DNA of 64,000 bases from Caecitellus pseudoparvulus (lineage: Eukaryota > Protista > Bigyra: Bicosoecida): positions 62,001 to 126,000 of the forward strand of contig CBFFRQ010000089.1 of assembly GCA_965644315.1 (NCBI GenBank), given 5' to 3'. The notes under the pieces were generated by a model. It was not told the origin of the DNA and searched no databases. It worked only from the letters and a program-made list of their open reading frames with translations. Shown here piece after piece: positions 12,165 through 24,458 of the stretch. How positions within the stretch are numbered: the stretch's first letter is position 1; each line of letters begins with the position of its first letter. Made by a program: the position numbers and the translations under genes.

Positions 12165-15100
12165 TTGGTGTCCCGTGGAGGATATTTGCAGACATGGATT
12201 GATTGTTTGGGCTGCCAGAAGCCCAACAGGCGGGTTTTTGGCATGGCTCAGCCCAGTTTGGCGGCGTCGCCCACGCCCCTTCCAGCGCAGTCTCCGCCAC
12301 AGGATTCGGAACCAGAGCCGTTCGTGATTAAAGTTTCATCCTCTGATGCCTCTCACTGCGTGCGATGTGCGGCCGGAGGCAGGAGCAGGCTGAAGGGCTG
12401 CGAGTCTCGCGAGGGCTGCCCCACATTGATGTGGGGCAGTCATCACGTCCAGGACGCAGCACCACTGTTCGCGAACAGGGCGTCACTGGCGAAGGAAGGC
12501 TCCAATAGCTTCTCCAAGCATCGATATGGACAGGCGCGGGCCATGAAGCTGGGGGCAGGTGCGTGTCATATTGCATAGCCAGCACATTGAGCCTCCCCGC
12601 GGCGCAGAATCGGCCGCCCCGCACCATGTAGTGGTGGAAATGTCTGATGCTCCGCCAGAAGTCGTGATTGCCGATCTATATGCGTGTCAAAGCGCCTTGC
12701 TCGCCACGCCACAGCGCCATGGCAGTGGTGCTGCCTCCACGCAGGCACTGGCTCTGGCTCTGGAGGCGTTGGCAGCCCAGCCATGGATCCCCCGAGCCCC
12801 AGCTCCGAGTGGACGCTGTCTCCGCGGGCCATCGCAGACATGGCTGAACAACTCTGCGGTCGAAGCCTGTCAGATGGCCACAGCACCACCTGGTTCACCC
12901 AAGCCTTCGACAGCGCCCGAGACATGGTGCGGGCCGGTGCAGCTACAGCTAGCCGGCTGCTGCTGGACGCCGCCCCTGTCGGCGACGAGTTCATCCAGCA
13001 GTACACCAAGGACGACGTGGCTCCTGATTGCCTCCTTCAGGCCCCCTCGGACATGATCTTGCCTCCTAGCGCGGCTGCCTTGGCTGGCTCGGTGGGTTCA
13101 GTGCTGGGCATGCTCATGGCGTCTCCTGCGCAGCCTGTGACTCTGTGACTGCCTGGGGTGACCGTCATGGCCGCCTGTGCAGCGCTGAGCCTGGCTAGGC
13201 TGCGGCCTCAGCATGGATGAGGGGTGCTGATGGCCTTCCCTGACAACTCTGCTGAGCTGGGCGTCGCGTCGGCGCTGCGAGATGGGGAAGGCTCCATGGG
13301 CGCCGCAATGAAAGGGGAAGCGACTGAGAAACAAGGCAACATGCTGCACAGGTACGTTGAGCCGTGCGAGAACATGGAGGGCAAGGCAAGCACCCTGGCA
13401 GGCACGACACACGCCGTCACAAGAAACTCCTGGGCTGTGCAGCCTGCTGCGAACGCTGCCCTGGCAGGCTCACTGTACGGGCACTGCATCCCCACCCGCA
13501 AGCAGCCCGTCACCCTGGTCGTCCAGCCAGTGGGCCTCGCTGCCACCCACCCGGCCTGTGGCGAGCAGTCATCCTTCCTACCTCGCCCTTCTGGTCCCTG
13601 CCCCAGCAGGACTGTGCCGCGGAGCCCAGACGGCCACAGCCTGCCAGCCAGTGAAGCATGCTAAGCAGTGGCAGCCGCAAGACGGTTGCACCTCGAAGTC
13701 GCAGTGACCGCACAAGCTGGCAGGGCGGCCCAGGTGGGTGACCGACCCATCCCCGCAGAGGTCCAAGCGGACCTGGACCAAATGGAAGCGGACCTGAAGG
13801 GAAGCATGGCGCACCCCTCCATGCGCACCGAACTCACAGTTCTATCCGCGGCCAGCAAGGGCTGGACTGATGTGTGGCAGCAGCTGCCATGGGGCACCTG
13901 TCCCAAGGCAGGCAGCTGCCACGGCACATGCACGTGCATGACCAATGGCGCCCACCGCGCGAGGCAGTGTCTGTTCACCAGCTTCAGGGGAGTTCAGCCT
14001 GTAGAAAAGGTGTTGTTGCTACGCAGAAGCCACCAATTTGCTGACACGATTGGGTGGCAATCCTTTATGGAGGGTCAAGCACCAGCTGTACCCAAACTTG
14101 CTGCCAGATGGATCGACCCCCCAGGGATGAAGGACCGCAGACCGGTCCTCTCCATACCATGCAAAATCGCCAGCACAATTCTCGTGGACAAAGCTGCTGC
14201 TACGAGCCTGTGGGAGAACTACGTCGACCATCGCCGCGAAGGCATGGTCAAGGTGCAAAAAGCCTTCTGGCGAGACCTCATGCGGCCCGTTGAACACAAG
14301 GCGGACTCCTGGAAAGAGACGCTGTTCAGAAAGCACGCCTCTCTCGGTGAATGCCCTGAAGTGCAACAGGCACTGGCCCAAGCCGTGCGCGGAGCCAGGA
14401 AGCACGTCTTAGGCAAGGTATGATCCAGCACATGTGTCATGGTCCTACGGGGCGCCATCCTGCACATCTACCATGCCGCTGTCAAGCCGCATGTGGAGGG
14501 GTACCTGCAGGCCCTCTCACGCTTCGCTGGCACCGCCAGCGTGGAGTGGACCTTTGCATCTTCGACCCGGGTGCACGTCGCGGGCCCAAAGCCCCTGCCC
14601 AGGGCCCCAGCTGCACCAGAGAGCCCACAGCACAAGCCGGGCGAGGAAGAGCCTGGAGATGAGCCGGATGCGGAAGAAAACAGCGACAGCGACAGCGACG
14701 AGGGCTCAGAGGATGGAGCCTGTGCGGGCAGCGAAGGCCAGGCCACGCGCGGGCCACAGGCAAGACCCGGTGGCGAGTAGCTCCCAGCACTGCCACAGTG
14801 GTGGGCCGGTACGGCTTCACCCTGCAGCCCCTCATGTTCACGGGCTACGAGAGCGCGGCAAACTTGGCCCAGGTCCTGGACTCCGTGCTGCACAGGCTGA
14901 AGGGACACCTGCGGGAGCGCGGCCCGGCAGCGTCCCACCCCAGCGTCATCACAGTGGCCAACCTCAAGGCCAGGCAATCATCGACGTGCACTTCCTGCTG
15001 CTGCGGAAAGGTGTGGTGCGGTCGGCAGTGGACCCGTGACACTTTGCCAGTCGCGTGGCCAGGGCCACTCCCAAGCAAGCCATGCACAAGGGGGGCCCAC

Positions 15101-16381
15101 TCATGATCAAGCTGTGGTTTGACACAGTGGAGTGGACCCGGACGCCTGCATTGGGCGTGGTGTCTCCCAATTGCTCCTTCCAGGGGATGCTGTTGCTCGC
15201 CAACGAGCCGCCTTGGACTTGGCTGAGCCAGCCGATATCCAGGCCTTCATCGACTGCGCCCGCCGCATCTTGCAACGCAAGTCCCTGTCAGACTCCCAAA
15301 AGACACAAGTCCAAGAATTCCTCACAGCCTATGGGTGGGCCCTGTATGGGCCAGGGCGTGCAGTTGGGGCTGCCGCAAAGCTTCGCGAGCACGCCCCCCT
15401 CGCTCTGGCTGCTGCATGTGCCACTTCAGCTTGCATGCTGCTCCGTCGGTGCCAAGGAGATCACTTCACGCCAACTCAAGCTGGGCTGCACCCGAGCGGG
15501 GTGCCCATCCTTCCCCTTCACATTGGGCCCTGCACTCACAAGCAGGCCTCGGCGGCACTGGAGCGGGCTGTAAGCCTGTTTCGCCAGGTGTGGGCGTCTC
15601 AGTCGCGGGGTGGCGCAGGCACTGCCGTGCGAGGCCGCACCACACGCGGCATCCTGGACCCCAAGTCCTCCTTCCCCGCCACTCGCGCTCGGGTCAAGGC
15701 GTCATTGCAGAACGACGTGGGGCTCCAAGGCTTGCTGGATGGGCGTGACGCGGTGCACGGCGCCACCACCACCGGGGCAATGAGAGCCTGCACTCAGGCA
15801 TGCGGCACATGGTGTCAGCGGGCACATCCACTCGCCTGGATGTTGCCGAAATGAACCTCACGCTGTACTGGCTGGAGAAGAACAAGGCCACTGCTGCCAA
15901 GCTGCTGTCCAAGTGTGCGAGCGATAAATGCCGACAAGAAGAGACACGCAGCAAGTCTCAAGACGTTGCAGACACTCTGAAGTTTTGCTCTGTACTGACT
16001 GGTGATGTAGGTGGCTTTGCTCGAGGTACCATGACAGCAGCCTTGCAGAGCTGCCCGGATGCATCGGCCCCTCCCACGTTTGATGAAGCCAGGGCCTCCG
16101 GCCTGCCCCTGTGCAACAAGGCCACCTCGTCTGTCACGCCAGAGGTTGAAGAAGATATTCGCCGACTGCTCAGGGAGGAGAGGAAGACGCAAGAGGCCAA
16201 GACTGCCAAGTACAGCCCCAACACAGCAGCGTCCCGCATCGCCTCAGCCGCTCACGCCACTGTCGGCCAGGTCGAGCGAGTGGCCAGCTTGATGCAGCAA
16301 GAAGAGCAGTTGGCCCAGCGGGAGAAGCGACCAAAGCTATGGAGTATCAGCCCGTCGAGTGCCAAGCGGGCTCGGCGGTGA
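12165..16381 (+). pseudogene. Decayed large DDE transposase-like gene of the C/D-x-x-H class (Mutator/IS256/ISL3-related; DUF6729-like N-terminal region)
   Basis: One frame runs from 12684 to 14780 with only isolated stops, then frameshifts. Ordered motifs: CP..C..G (~13900), SVEWTF (14538), VVGRYG...ESAANL...PSVITVAN (14798-14965), VDP*HFASRV (15028) and TTG-NESLHSGMR (15779). No termini found. Confidence 0.6.
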
Positions 16382-16769
16382 GGACTGGAGCAGGGCCAAC
16401 TACTCTCCGGCCGGATGAAGGGAGTTTTCATCCGCACACTTGCTTGCCTGCCTGAACGCAGCCGAAGGAGAGGGGCTGTGCTCGCCCCACCAAGTCTTCC
16501 CCATTGCCTTCTCTGCCGGCCCATGGACACTTGTGTGTCATCAGTCTCCCTTGAATGTTGTGCTGCTTGTACCAGACAGTGCGGATGTCCACGGGGGACA
16601 CGCTGCCATTCTCCCCAACAGACAGGCAGACCGATCCACGCCAACTGAGGTCCGAGCTCAAAATCCACAAACACTGCAGCTACGAGCACACCCCTATTCA
16701 GGGTGGTCTCCCTTCTCCAAATGCGCCCTCCGTTCCTTGGGTAGGACTTTGCATTCTTGCGCTGGGAAG

Positions 16770-19700
16770 ATGCGCTGCCCCAACGCTATAAAGCGTCGCG
16801 GCGACTGCACTGCCAAGTGTCGGCTATGTCTGCTGCAGCCTTGCCTGCAGCGAACGTACAAGATAACCCACCTTGTTGGCTTACCACTTGTGGCATTACT
16901 GCTTTGTACAGTGGGATATGTCGGTTTCTTCTCGCTCCACTCGTCAGCCATTCAAGAAGAAGTCTGGCGTGGCGAGGCTGTTCCCAACGCGTTTCGAGCT
17001 CAGAGGGTGGCCTCTGCCCTGCCCTGGGAGCAGGGCAGAGGGGGTCAAGTAAGTCTCATCACGCACAGTGGCAAGCGTTCAGGCGTGGATGCAGCTGAGC
17101 ATGCTGCTTCCGTGTCTGGCTGGCTGAAGGCCCTTGTTGTGCCATCCAGTGTCTCGGAAGTGGTGGTGGTAGTGGACGACTCTTGGGATGCATCGGCGCT
17201 GCCAAGACATTCACACCAAGGAATACCCATAGTGACCCAATTGACCACAAGTTCAGAGCCTTTCCCACTGCGAACACTTCGGGAAGCTGCTCGGCAGCGC
17301 ACTGATGTAGTGCTGCTCGTTGATCCCTTTGCACCAGCTTCAGCTCAGGCGATGGGCAGCCTCGCGCACTTCAGCGAAGAGAACCTGTCAAGTATCGTCG
17401 GCCCGATCACTATCAGCGAAGGCAGAGCCTCGTCCCCCAACTTGAATTTCGGTTTTGTGGCTCTGAGCCCGGCAACAGCCGGCATTCTGGCACTTGAGGC
17501 TTCAGCGCACCCTCGCGCGTGCCCACACCAACTGGCCACACAAGCTGGCGTTCCCCAAAAAGTTGTATCGCTGCCCGGGTCTGAGCAGAGCTTGCTCGTA
17601 GCGTTCTCTTCGTCGCCAAGTACAGTGCTGACTGGGAACGTGAAGACAGACTGGGTGCCTCAGGGTCCAGTCCCTGCGAAGTCCCCTGCCAGCTGTCCCC
17701 CCATGCAGGAGGCAGGATCGACTTTCGGTGCCCATTCAACTGCTAGTGCAATGAGCCCCCTGCCAACTGTGCTGAGTGCACCATCCAAACATCTTCGCGT
17801 GTTCGTCTATGACATGCCTGCGGAGTTTGGCTCGAACCTCCTTGCTGCTGCACAGCACAGGAGCGGAAAAACCAACAAGTGCTCCTCTTCGTTCTATGCG
17901 AGCGAACAGCGAGTCCACGAGTACCTCATGGCCTCCCACTGGCGCGTGCAGGACCCAGCGCTAGCTGACTTGTTCTATGTTCCCGTTTATGTTGCTTGCG
18001 CTGTGAAGTCGGGGCTTCGAGTTCAGCTTCAGCAGGAAGGCACGTCAAAGCCTGGCTTTGCACCAGACTTTAGAGCACTTCAATCCCTGATGCATGCTGC
18101 GTTGGCACACATTCGGCGCGAGTACCCCTTCTGGGACATGTCTGGCGGCCGGGACCACGTGTGGACCTTCACTCAAGGTGCTGGAGCAGCGGTGTTCGGC
18201 GAAGAGTTGTGGGACGAAGTGCAGCACAGCATCTTCTTGACGACGAATGGGCAGCTGTCCGAGAAGCACTTCAGGTTCGGACATGACATTGTAATTCCAT
18301 CCTTCATGGGCAGGAAGCCAGGCATTCTGGCCCATGACCCGCTTTCGTCGCCGCCGTCGCGGGACACAGCTGTGTACTGGGGTGGCTCACTCATGGAGGA
18401 TCGGCGGTACTCGAGAGGGATGCGGCATGCTCTTGTCGACGCGTTCAATGCGGGTGAGCTGGCTGGTGACGTGCTTGTGGAAGTGTCGGCAGGCGCGTGG
18501 CGAGATACCTTCACCGCCCAGCTCTCCAGTCGATTCTGCTTGGCGCTCGAAGGCTGGTGGGCATGGACTCCCCGACCATTTGAGTCTGTGCTTCAGGGCT
18601 GCGTGCCTGCGCTGGTTTCAAATGACATCGTTCTGCCATTTCAGCGGTTTCTGCCATGGGACACCTTTTCCCTCAAGTTGAGCCCCACCCGGGGAATAAA
18701 AGCAATCGTGAGCCTTCTGCGGGCCATTCAAGGTGCTGAGCTGAGATCTCTCCAAGCAGGGGTCCTGCGTCACTGGCGAGCCTTCCACTGGACAGCACCT
18801 TACGGACAGGCTGGAGCATACCTTGGGGCAGAGCTGCTGAATCGAGTGCAGCAACTCAAGAGTGAGCGGATGCTCGCTACGAGCCAGACTTGGCTACCCT
18901 TGCAGCTGTCGGCAGAGTGGGGCGTGCCTGTTGGGGTGCCTGCAGTTTCTGCGGGTTTGATTGGCTTGGATAGCTCGACTCAGTACATCCTGCAGCGAAC
19001 CATGACATGCGCCGCACTGAAAGCAGCACAGCGACAGCGTTGTGACCTCTCCGGGCGTACCCATTGCTTCAAGGAAGAGCTATCGCCATTGATTTGGCAG
19101 GCTTGCCCAGATCTTGACTTCGGCTTCAGCTCGCTGCGAGAAGCCATTCGCCTGGGGGGCGACGTTCGCTCTGGTGCAGCTTCACAGCCAGTCGTTCGGA
19201 CCATCCAGTCGTCTACAGGCGATGCAGTGTTTGTCATCACCCCACATCTGCATGTGGGCCACGCGGTGACTCCCAGAGCGGGTGAAGAGCCGTCCAGTGG
19301 TGATCTTTGCCTTGCAACGCAGCTCAGCGTGGACAGGCTTCAAAACCTGCTTGATTTGGTGGAGAAGTGGAACGGCCCCGTCTCCGCCGCAGTCCTTCTG
19401 CAAGGGAGCAGCTGGTCACATCAGCGCATCTTGGAGGTGATCCGGCGACGCCCCAGAGCTGCAAAGTGGCTGTCACTGCATGTAGTGGTGCAGCTGGGAG
19501 CTGGTGTCGATTCGCACAGAGTTTACCCTGTGAACATGCTTCGGTCCATTGCACAGCAACTGGCATCCGAGCACATGGTGCTTGTGCTTGATGCTGATGT
19601 TGTGCCGTCAGCAGACATGGCAGGTGTTGCGGCAGCCCTTGCGGCAGCCCAAACCGCGTTCGCGGACGAGCTGCCGGATGGTTCTGCTGCATGCCGCCCC

Positions 19701-21325
19701 GGCAAGGATGTCAACTCGGATGGCTTCAACGCAGGTCCCCACAATCCGTTGGCTGACACGCAGTCCTGCGCTGGCTTGAGGGCATTTGTGCTGCCGTCCT
19801 TCGAGGGGCTGAAGAACAGCCAGAGTGCGACGAGCGTGACCACACGTGAAGCACTTCGAAGCAAGGTCATGGACGGCACCATGAGCCCGATGCATGCGTA
19901 CTACCCTCGAGCGTATTTCCCGGTGGACTATGGGCGCTGGGTCGAAAGCACCGATGACTCAGTGTACACTGTCCCGTACTCTCCTCACTTCGAGCCTTAT
20001 GTCATCGTTCCCCGGTACGCCCCACTCCCAAACGCGAGCTTCATCCAGCGGGGGCTGAACAAAGCGCAGTGGGCATATCACTTGCATGCTGCTGGGTACA
20101 GCTTCACCGTGCTGCAAGGCGTGTTTTGTGTGGATGTGCCAACCGGCTTCACTGGGCAGCGACCGCGAATGGTGGGCGTGTTTGACTTGTGGGAACGTAT
20201 GTCCCAGGATTTCCATGAACACTTCGGAGTTGTCCGCTACAACCACAAGAACGTGAATGCTGTGGGGCCCTTCCTGCGCCAAGTAGCCTCCAGTCTCCCG
20301 TGGGCTGACAAGGCGGATGCGTTCATTGTGAAGCGAGGGGGGGCAAGGGTTTCTAAGGCGACTGGCGGCGGCGCCAGTGCTGATTTGGAGCGCTTGCATG
20401 GACAGCGAGTGCTTTCAGTCTATTTAAGGGTCTGTGCCCCTGATCACGAACTTGTTGCCCTCGTAGAGCACTACTGCGGGATTCCGCTTGTCAACGACGT
20501 GACAGTAAGCTCGCGTTGCGGCCAAGTGCCGCGTTGGGCGGCTGACGTGTGCCCGGCAGGGAGTGTCATGCTCGTCACGAGTGGACGCTCCAGCAAGGAC
20601 CCTGTGACGCTGAGCCAAATGCCAGCCCCTGCGTACGTGCTGCTCGTCTTTGCCTTCACGCTTACATTGTCAATGTTTTACCCACCTTCTCTTTCTCTTT
20701 CTTACAGAACTGATTGCGTCCTTCACGTTGAGGACAATGTCAAGCTCTCTGTGCAGGATATCGCGGCTCTTCATTCTGCTTGGATTCAGAACCCCAACGT
20801 GCATGTGGGCCTCAACCCTCTTTTCATTCAAGTACCATCCGTATCGGAAGATGAGTCGCAGTGGAGTGCTCACAAAGTCGACCCACTTCAGCTTGGAATC
20901 GCTTACAATTCCATGCAGCTCAACGCTTCACTTCTGCATGCAGATTGGTTGCAGCTCTTTTCCAGGTTGGACAGCGAAGTAAGGAGCGCCGGCTTGCAGC
21001 ATGTGCGCAACCCGTTGCCAGTACACGACTGCGTTTTGTCTCGCAGATCACAATTCCTAGGCATGGCTCGCCGACGTGTGAGCAAGTGTTCATTTCGTTC
21101 GTCGTCGCGCGATACAGCCAAACTCCCCCGCTCGTCGTCATCCGACAAGGACATGTTGGGAAAGGTGAGCTACGTGGCGCAGAGTTGGCTGCTGTGAACA
21201 GCTCTGCTGGCCTGCTGGATTTGATGGGTGCACTTAAAGAGTGCGGCCATGCGGCGCTGAAGCATTTCCTGGGGAACCCGTTGTTGCGAAGTACGGCGCG
21301 TGTTTTCAATGAAGTTCCATTCTAA
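16770..21325 (+). CDS. Multidomain glycosyltransferase: TM anchor + GT2-like GT-A + GT47 (exostosin) + GT49 (LARGE/B4GAT1-like) + GT64 (EXT C-terminal)
   Basis: TM LVGLPLVALLLCTVGYVGFF. GT2-like EVVVVVDDSW...TDVVLLVDP...IVGP (17157-17403). GT47 LRVFVYDMP, DPALADLFYVPVY, PFWDMSGGRDHVW, SRFCL...FESVLQGCVP. GT49 LATQLSVDRL, YPVNMLRSIA, VLDADVVP, FEPYV, GLNKAQW. GT64 TDCVLHVEDN, CEQVFISFVVA...PP, C...FLGNPLL after removing introns 20633-20707 and 21003-21046. Confidence 0.88.
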
Positions 21326-21928
21326 CGAGTCTATGGACTTCGCAAGCGTGCTTCAGAATGCAAGGCCACCCTGCCACTCGAAGCATTGGAAGGCCTGGTG
21401 CCAAGGAGCGCAGCTCCCGCTGTAGGCGTGGACCAGTCAGGTCGTCACCCACCGCAGACCTGCGTAGAACACTGACTCTGACGACACCGTTGATTGCTCA
21501 CGCCAAAGGGCTCGCGAAGTAAACAAAGAGGCCAATGTGTCAGCCCAGCTCCAGCCATCGTGGACGTACGACTTGCTTGATGAAGAGGAAGACTGTGTGG
21601 AGGCCACAACACCAATGGGTCGAACACGTACTCACTTGCTTTCCAAGAATGTGGCTAGTCTTCGTTGTATTTGACCGACAAAGTGCTGGGTAACCTGCTT
21701 GTCTGACCAAATCTTGAACTAGCGGTCACCTTGCGCACACTTGTGTGGTAATTGGTCAGAGATAGTGATACCTGGCTCAGTCAACGTGACCTACACGCCT
21801 GCAGTCAAGCTGAGCTCAAGCACCGCGTTTCTCTCCCCGGGTTTTCGTGAGTTTCAACTAGTCCTTCTGCTGCTTTTGGAGGCACCCTCTTTTGCTGTGG
21901 GACACCGGGTGCCGTCGAGTGCATTGAG

Positions 21929-24316
21929 CTACACACCAAACAGTTGCCGCACTTGAAAGGTGTGCCAGCCCGAGGTTGGAGCAACTTTGGGTGGCGCATC
22001 ACGAGAGTACGGGTAGCGGCTTAGCACCTGATCTGTCGGCAGCTTTTGCCACTCCCACTCTGTTCGCATGGCCATTGCAGTTTCTGACAATGTGCTGTCC
22101 ATGTCAGCAAGCAGAGTTTCGCACCCGGCTGCCAGAGCCATGTCCGTCTGCAGCCGCAGCAGCGGTGAGCAAGCAAAGTCCGTGCCGCGACCACCTGTCG
22201 CATGCATGCAAGTCGAGAACGGATCATTGCCGCCCATGCTAGGGACTATGTCACCGAGTGACAGCAGCGAGCCGGGTAGGCGGCAGGTCGCATTCGGCGA
22301 CAAGCCGGACTCAGGTGGCCCTGCACACTGTGGTAAACGCTGCCAGGCTGCCAAAAGGGAAGGCATTGGTGTCATGACATAGATGGGGAGCCCTGCAGAG
22401 AACCGCACAAAGTGGTTCAGGAGCACGAGGGCAGAAGGCTCTCCTTCTGGCCACTTCGCGTGCTTCAGCCAACGTGCATAGAGCACGTTGCTCAAAGGTG
22501 AGCGGAGCAGAGAGTCAACCTCCGCATCTGACAGGATTTGCTTGCTCCAGTGACCATCTTGCACCCTCATCTGCGCGCTAATGCATCGCTCACTTGCGGC
22601 TGCTGACCGATTCTCATCCCTCCCTCCACCACCCATTGCTGCTGCACGACGCGCGAGCAGTTGCCCCACGCTCAGTGGCACAGCTGCAAGGAGCGGACTG
22701 AGAGAAAACACGCCAAGTGCTTGTGAAGGCCGGAGGTTCTGGCACCGGTGCTTTCCGTACTGGTCATCGCACCAGTCATATGGGAAAGAATACAGCACGC
22801 TCCGGCTGGCGTTCAAGGATCTCTCAACGCAGATTCCGTCAGGAGCTGGTCTGCAAGAATCGTCCACGGTAGCGTTGCAGTGCTGCAGTGGCTTCAGCCC
22901 ACTCCCCAGCAGCATTGGTCTTGCATACCTTTTGGCGGCAGCGATCTCTGCAATTCGATGCGAGCCTGCCCCGACAGAGAGCTCCTTGAAACCCGGTGTC
23001 TCCAGGAAAATTGCATCCAAGCCGCATTCTTTACCAGCCACAGGCATATGCTGCAGGCCCAGGGATTTGGCATTCAAAGGAGCATGAAACACGGACAACA
23101 CTCCCGCCCCAAACACGTCTTTTTGTGGGAGGGGCTTCGGCGAATGTTTGCGACCACGGTCAGAGTGGTGAGGAAGTAAAGGTTGAAAGGACAGGCGCAC
23201 ATCATACCATCCTGATCCTCGACGCCACAGCTGAAACAAGGTCGACAGAGCCTGCATCTGTGTCTTGAGCTGATTGTTTGGCCCGAAAAGGCCTGCTGCA
23301 GCTAGCAGTCTGCGTTGAGGGCGTGGCGCTGCTCGAAGGCCTTCAAGTACCCCGCTCACTTCAAGCAGTGCAGCAATGCGCTGCCCCCAGCGCTCCAATG
23401 CAGCCTGTGCGCTGCCACCTGCCGGCTGCCGTGCATGGCGCTCCGCCGCTGGCTTCAGTACGTGGGTCCGGCAGCCGTAGCTTGGGGCGAACCTCCCATA
23501 TGGCCAAGGAGAGCTCGCCGGCACCAGCTCCGCTGTGCTCCCAGGCGCAACCCAACAAGACAATGCCTGCAGCGGTGTTACACCTGTCCACGGCCACCCA
23601 CCAACCGCCTGCCCTGCCAGGTACGCTGGCAGCCACTGCCATGACGGCGCACTTCGTGTGGCCCACAGCAGCACCCGTGCCAGCCACACGCCCTCCACGC
23701 AGGCATGGCGGGAGGCCCACTGAGACCCCTGCACATCTTCACACTCGCTGAACTGCGAGCTCCCATCTCTTGCGGGGGCCTGGTACACAGTCACTCTGCT
23801 GGTGCATCGGTCTATTTCCGCAACCTCATCTGCACTCAATGACGTCCCAGCGCCCAGCACCAGGGCCAAGCTAACTCGAGTATCAGCAGCCCCACTACTG
23901 CACCATGCACTGGGCCACTTTGTGCCACTGGACGGCAGCACATGGAGCAGGACCAGTCCACCCTCCATGGCTTGTGAAGCGTTATGGTGCCACGCCGCAG
24001 GCACCAGGCCTTGTGCCAGAGACGCCCACGCAGCTGGCAGGGACGGCAAGGCAGCATGGAGAGTCGCTGTATTATTCGCATGATTACCTTTAAGCTCAGA
24101 TGACCCTCGAAGGCCATTTCCACCGAGCTCCACTTGCAGAATGTTTCCAGTGACGAACAATCCATTCACGAAAGCCAGGTGAAGGAAAACTGCACAGGCG
24201 GCCAGAAGCCAGCACCAAAAGTAGCGGATAGAAGTGCTCCGTTTGACGCTTTCAAGACTAGCGGAGCTGCTTGCGTTGGGCGAAAGCGCTGATGGTGCCT
24301 GTGGCGCCTCTGGCAT
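21929..24316 (-). CDS. Second O-fucosyltransferase-like GT-B glycosyltransferase, type II membrane protein (~795 aa)
   Basis: TM YFWCWLLAACAVFLHLAFV. Motifs GPNNQL, ISAQMRVQD, PIYVMT and TDMALAAGCETLLADMDSTLS. First ATG at 24316. Confidence 0.65.
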   Translation of the reverse strand: MPEAPQAPSALSPNASSSASLESVKRSTSIRYFWCWLLAACAVFLHLAFVNGLFVTGNILQVELGGNGLRGSSELKGNHANNTATLHAALPSLPAAWASLAQGLVPAAWHHNASQAMEGGLVLLHVLPSSGTKWPSAWCSSGAADTRVSLALVLGAGTSLSADEVAEIDRCTSRVTVYQAPARDGSSQFSECEDVQGSQWASRHACVEGVWLARVLLWATRSAPSWQWLPAYLAGQAVGGWPWTGVTPLQALSCWVAPGSTAELVPASSPWPYGRFAPSYGCRTHVLKPAAERHARQPAGGSAQAALERWGQRIAALLEVSGVLEGLRAAPRPQRRLLAAAGLFGPNNQLKTQMQALSTLFQLWRRGSGWYDVRLSFQPLLPHHSDRGRKHSPKPLPQKDVFGAGVLSVFHAPLNAKSLGLQHMPVAGKECGLDAIFLETPGFKELSVGAGSHRIAEIAAAKRYARPMLLGSGLKPLQHCNATVDDSCRPAPDGICVERSLNASRSVLYSFPYDWCDDQYGKHRCQNLRPSQALGVFSLSPLLAAVPLSVGQLLARRAAAMGGGGRDENRSAAASERCISAQMRVQDGHWSKQILSDAEVDSLLRSPLSNVLYARWLKHAKWPEGEPSALVLLNHFVRFSAGLPIYVMTPMPSLLAAWQRLPQCAGPPESGLSPNATCRLPGSLLSLGDIVPSMGGNDPFSTCMHATGGRGTDFACSPLLRLQTDMALAAGCETLLADMDSTLSETAMAMRTEWEWQKLPTDQVLSRYPYSRDAPPKVAPTSGWHTFQVRQLFGV

Positions 24317-24458
24317 CCCACCTCCAAATGCGAAGCCGGCAACTTCCCCGCCCAATTGAAGAAAACTGCCAACGACTTAGACGAACAGGGTCTGTTGTAG
24401 AGATCACAACGCCCAAATGCAAGATAATGAATGACATGTGTGTACATTGGTAGGATGT

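Noticed and set aside
12684-15039. Stop-codon reassignment or readthrough as an explanation for the in-frame stops
   Set aside because: Intact genes here end in TAA, TAG and TGA, and the region also has frameshifts and altered catalytic residues, which fits a pseudogene.
16412-16434. Hairpin CGGATGAA-N7-TTCATCCG after the transposase relic (Helitron end or terminator?)
   Set aside because: No CTRR terminus or Rep/helicase sequence, and an 8-bp stem can occur by chance.
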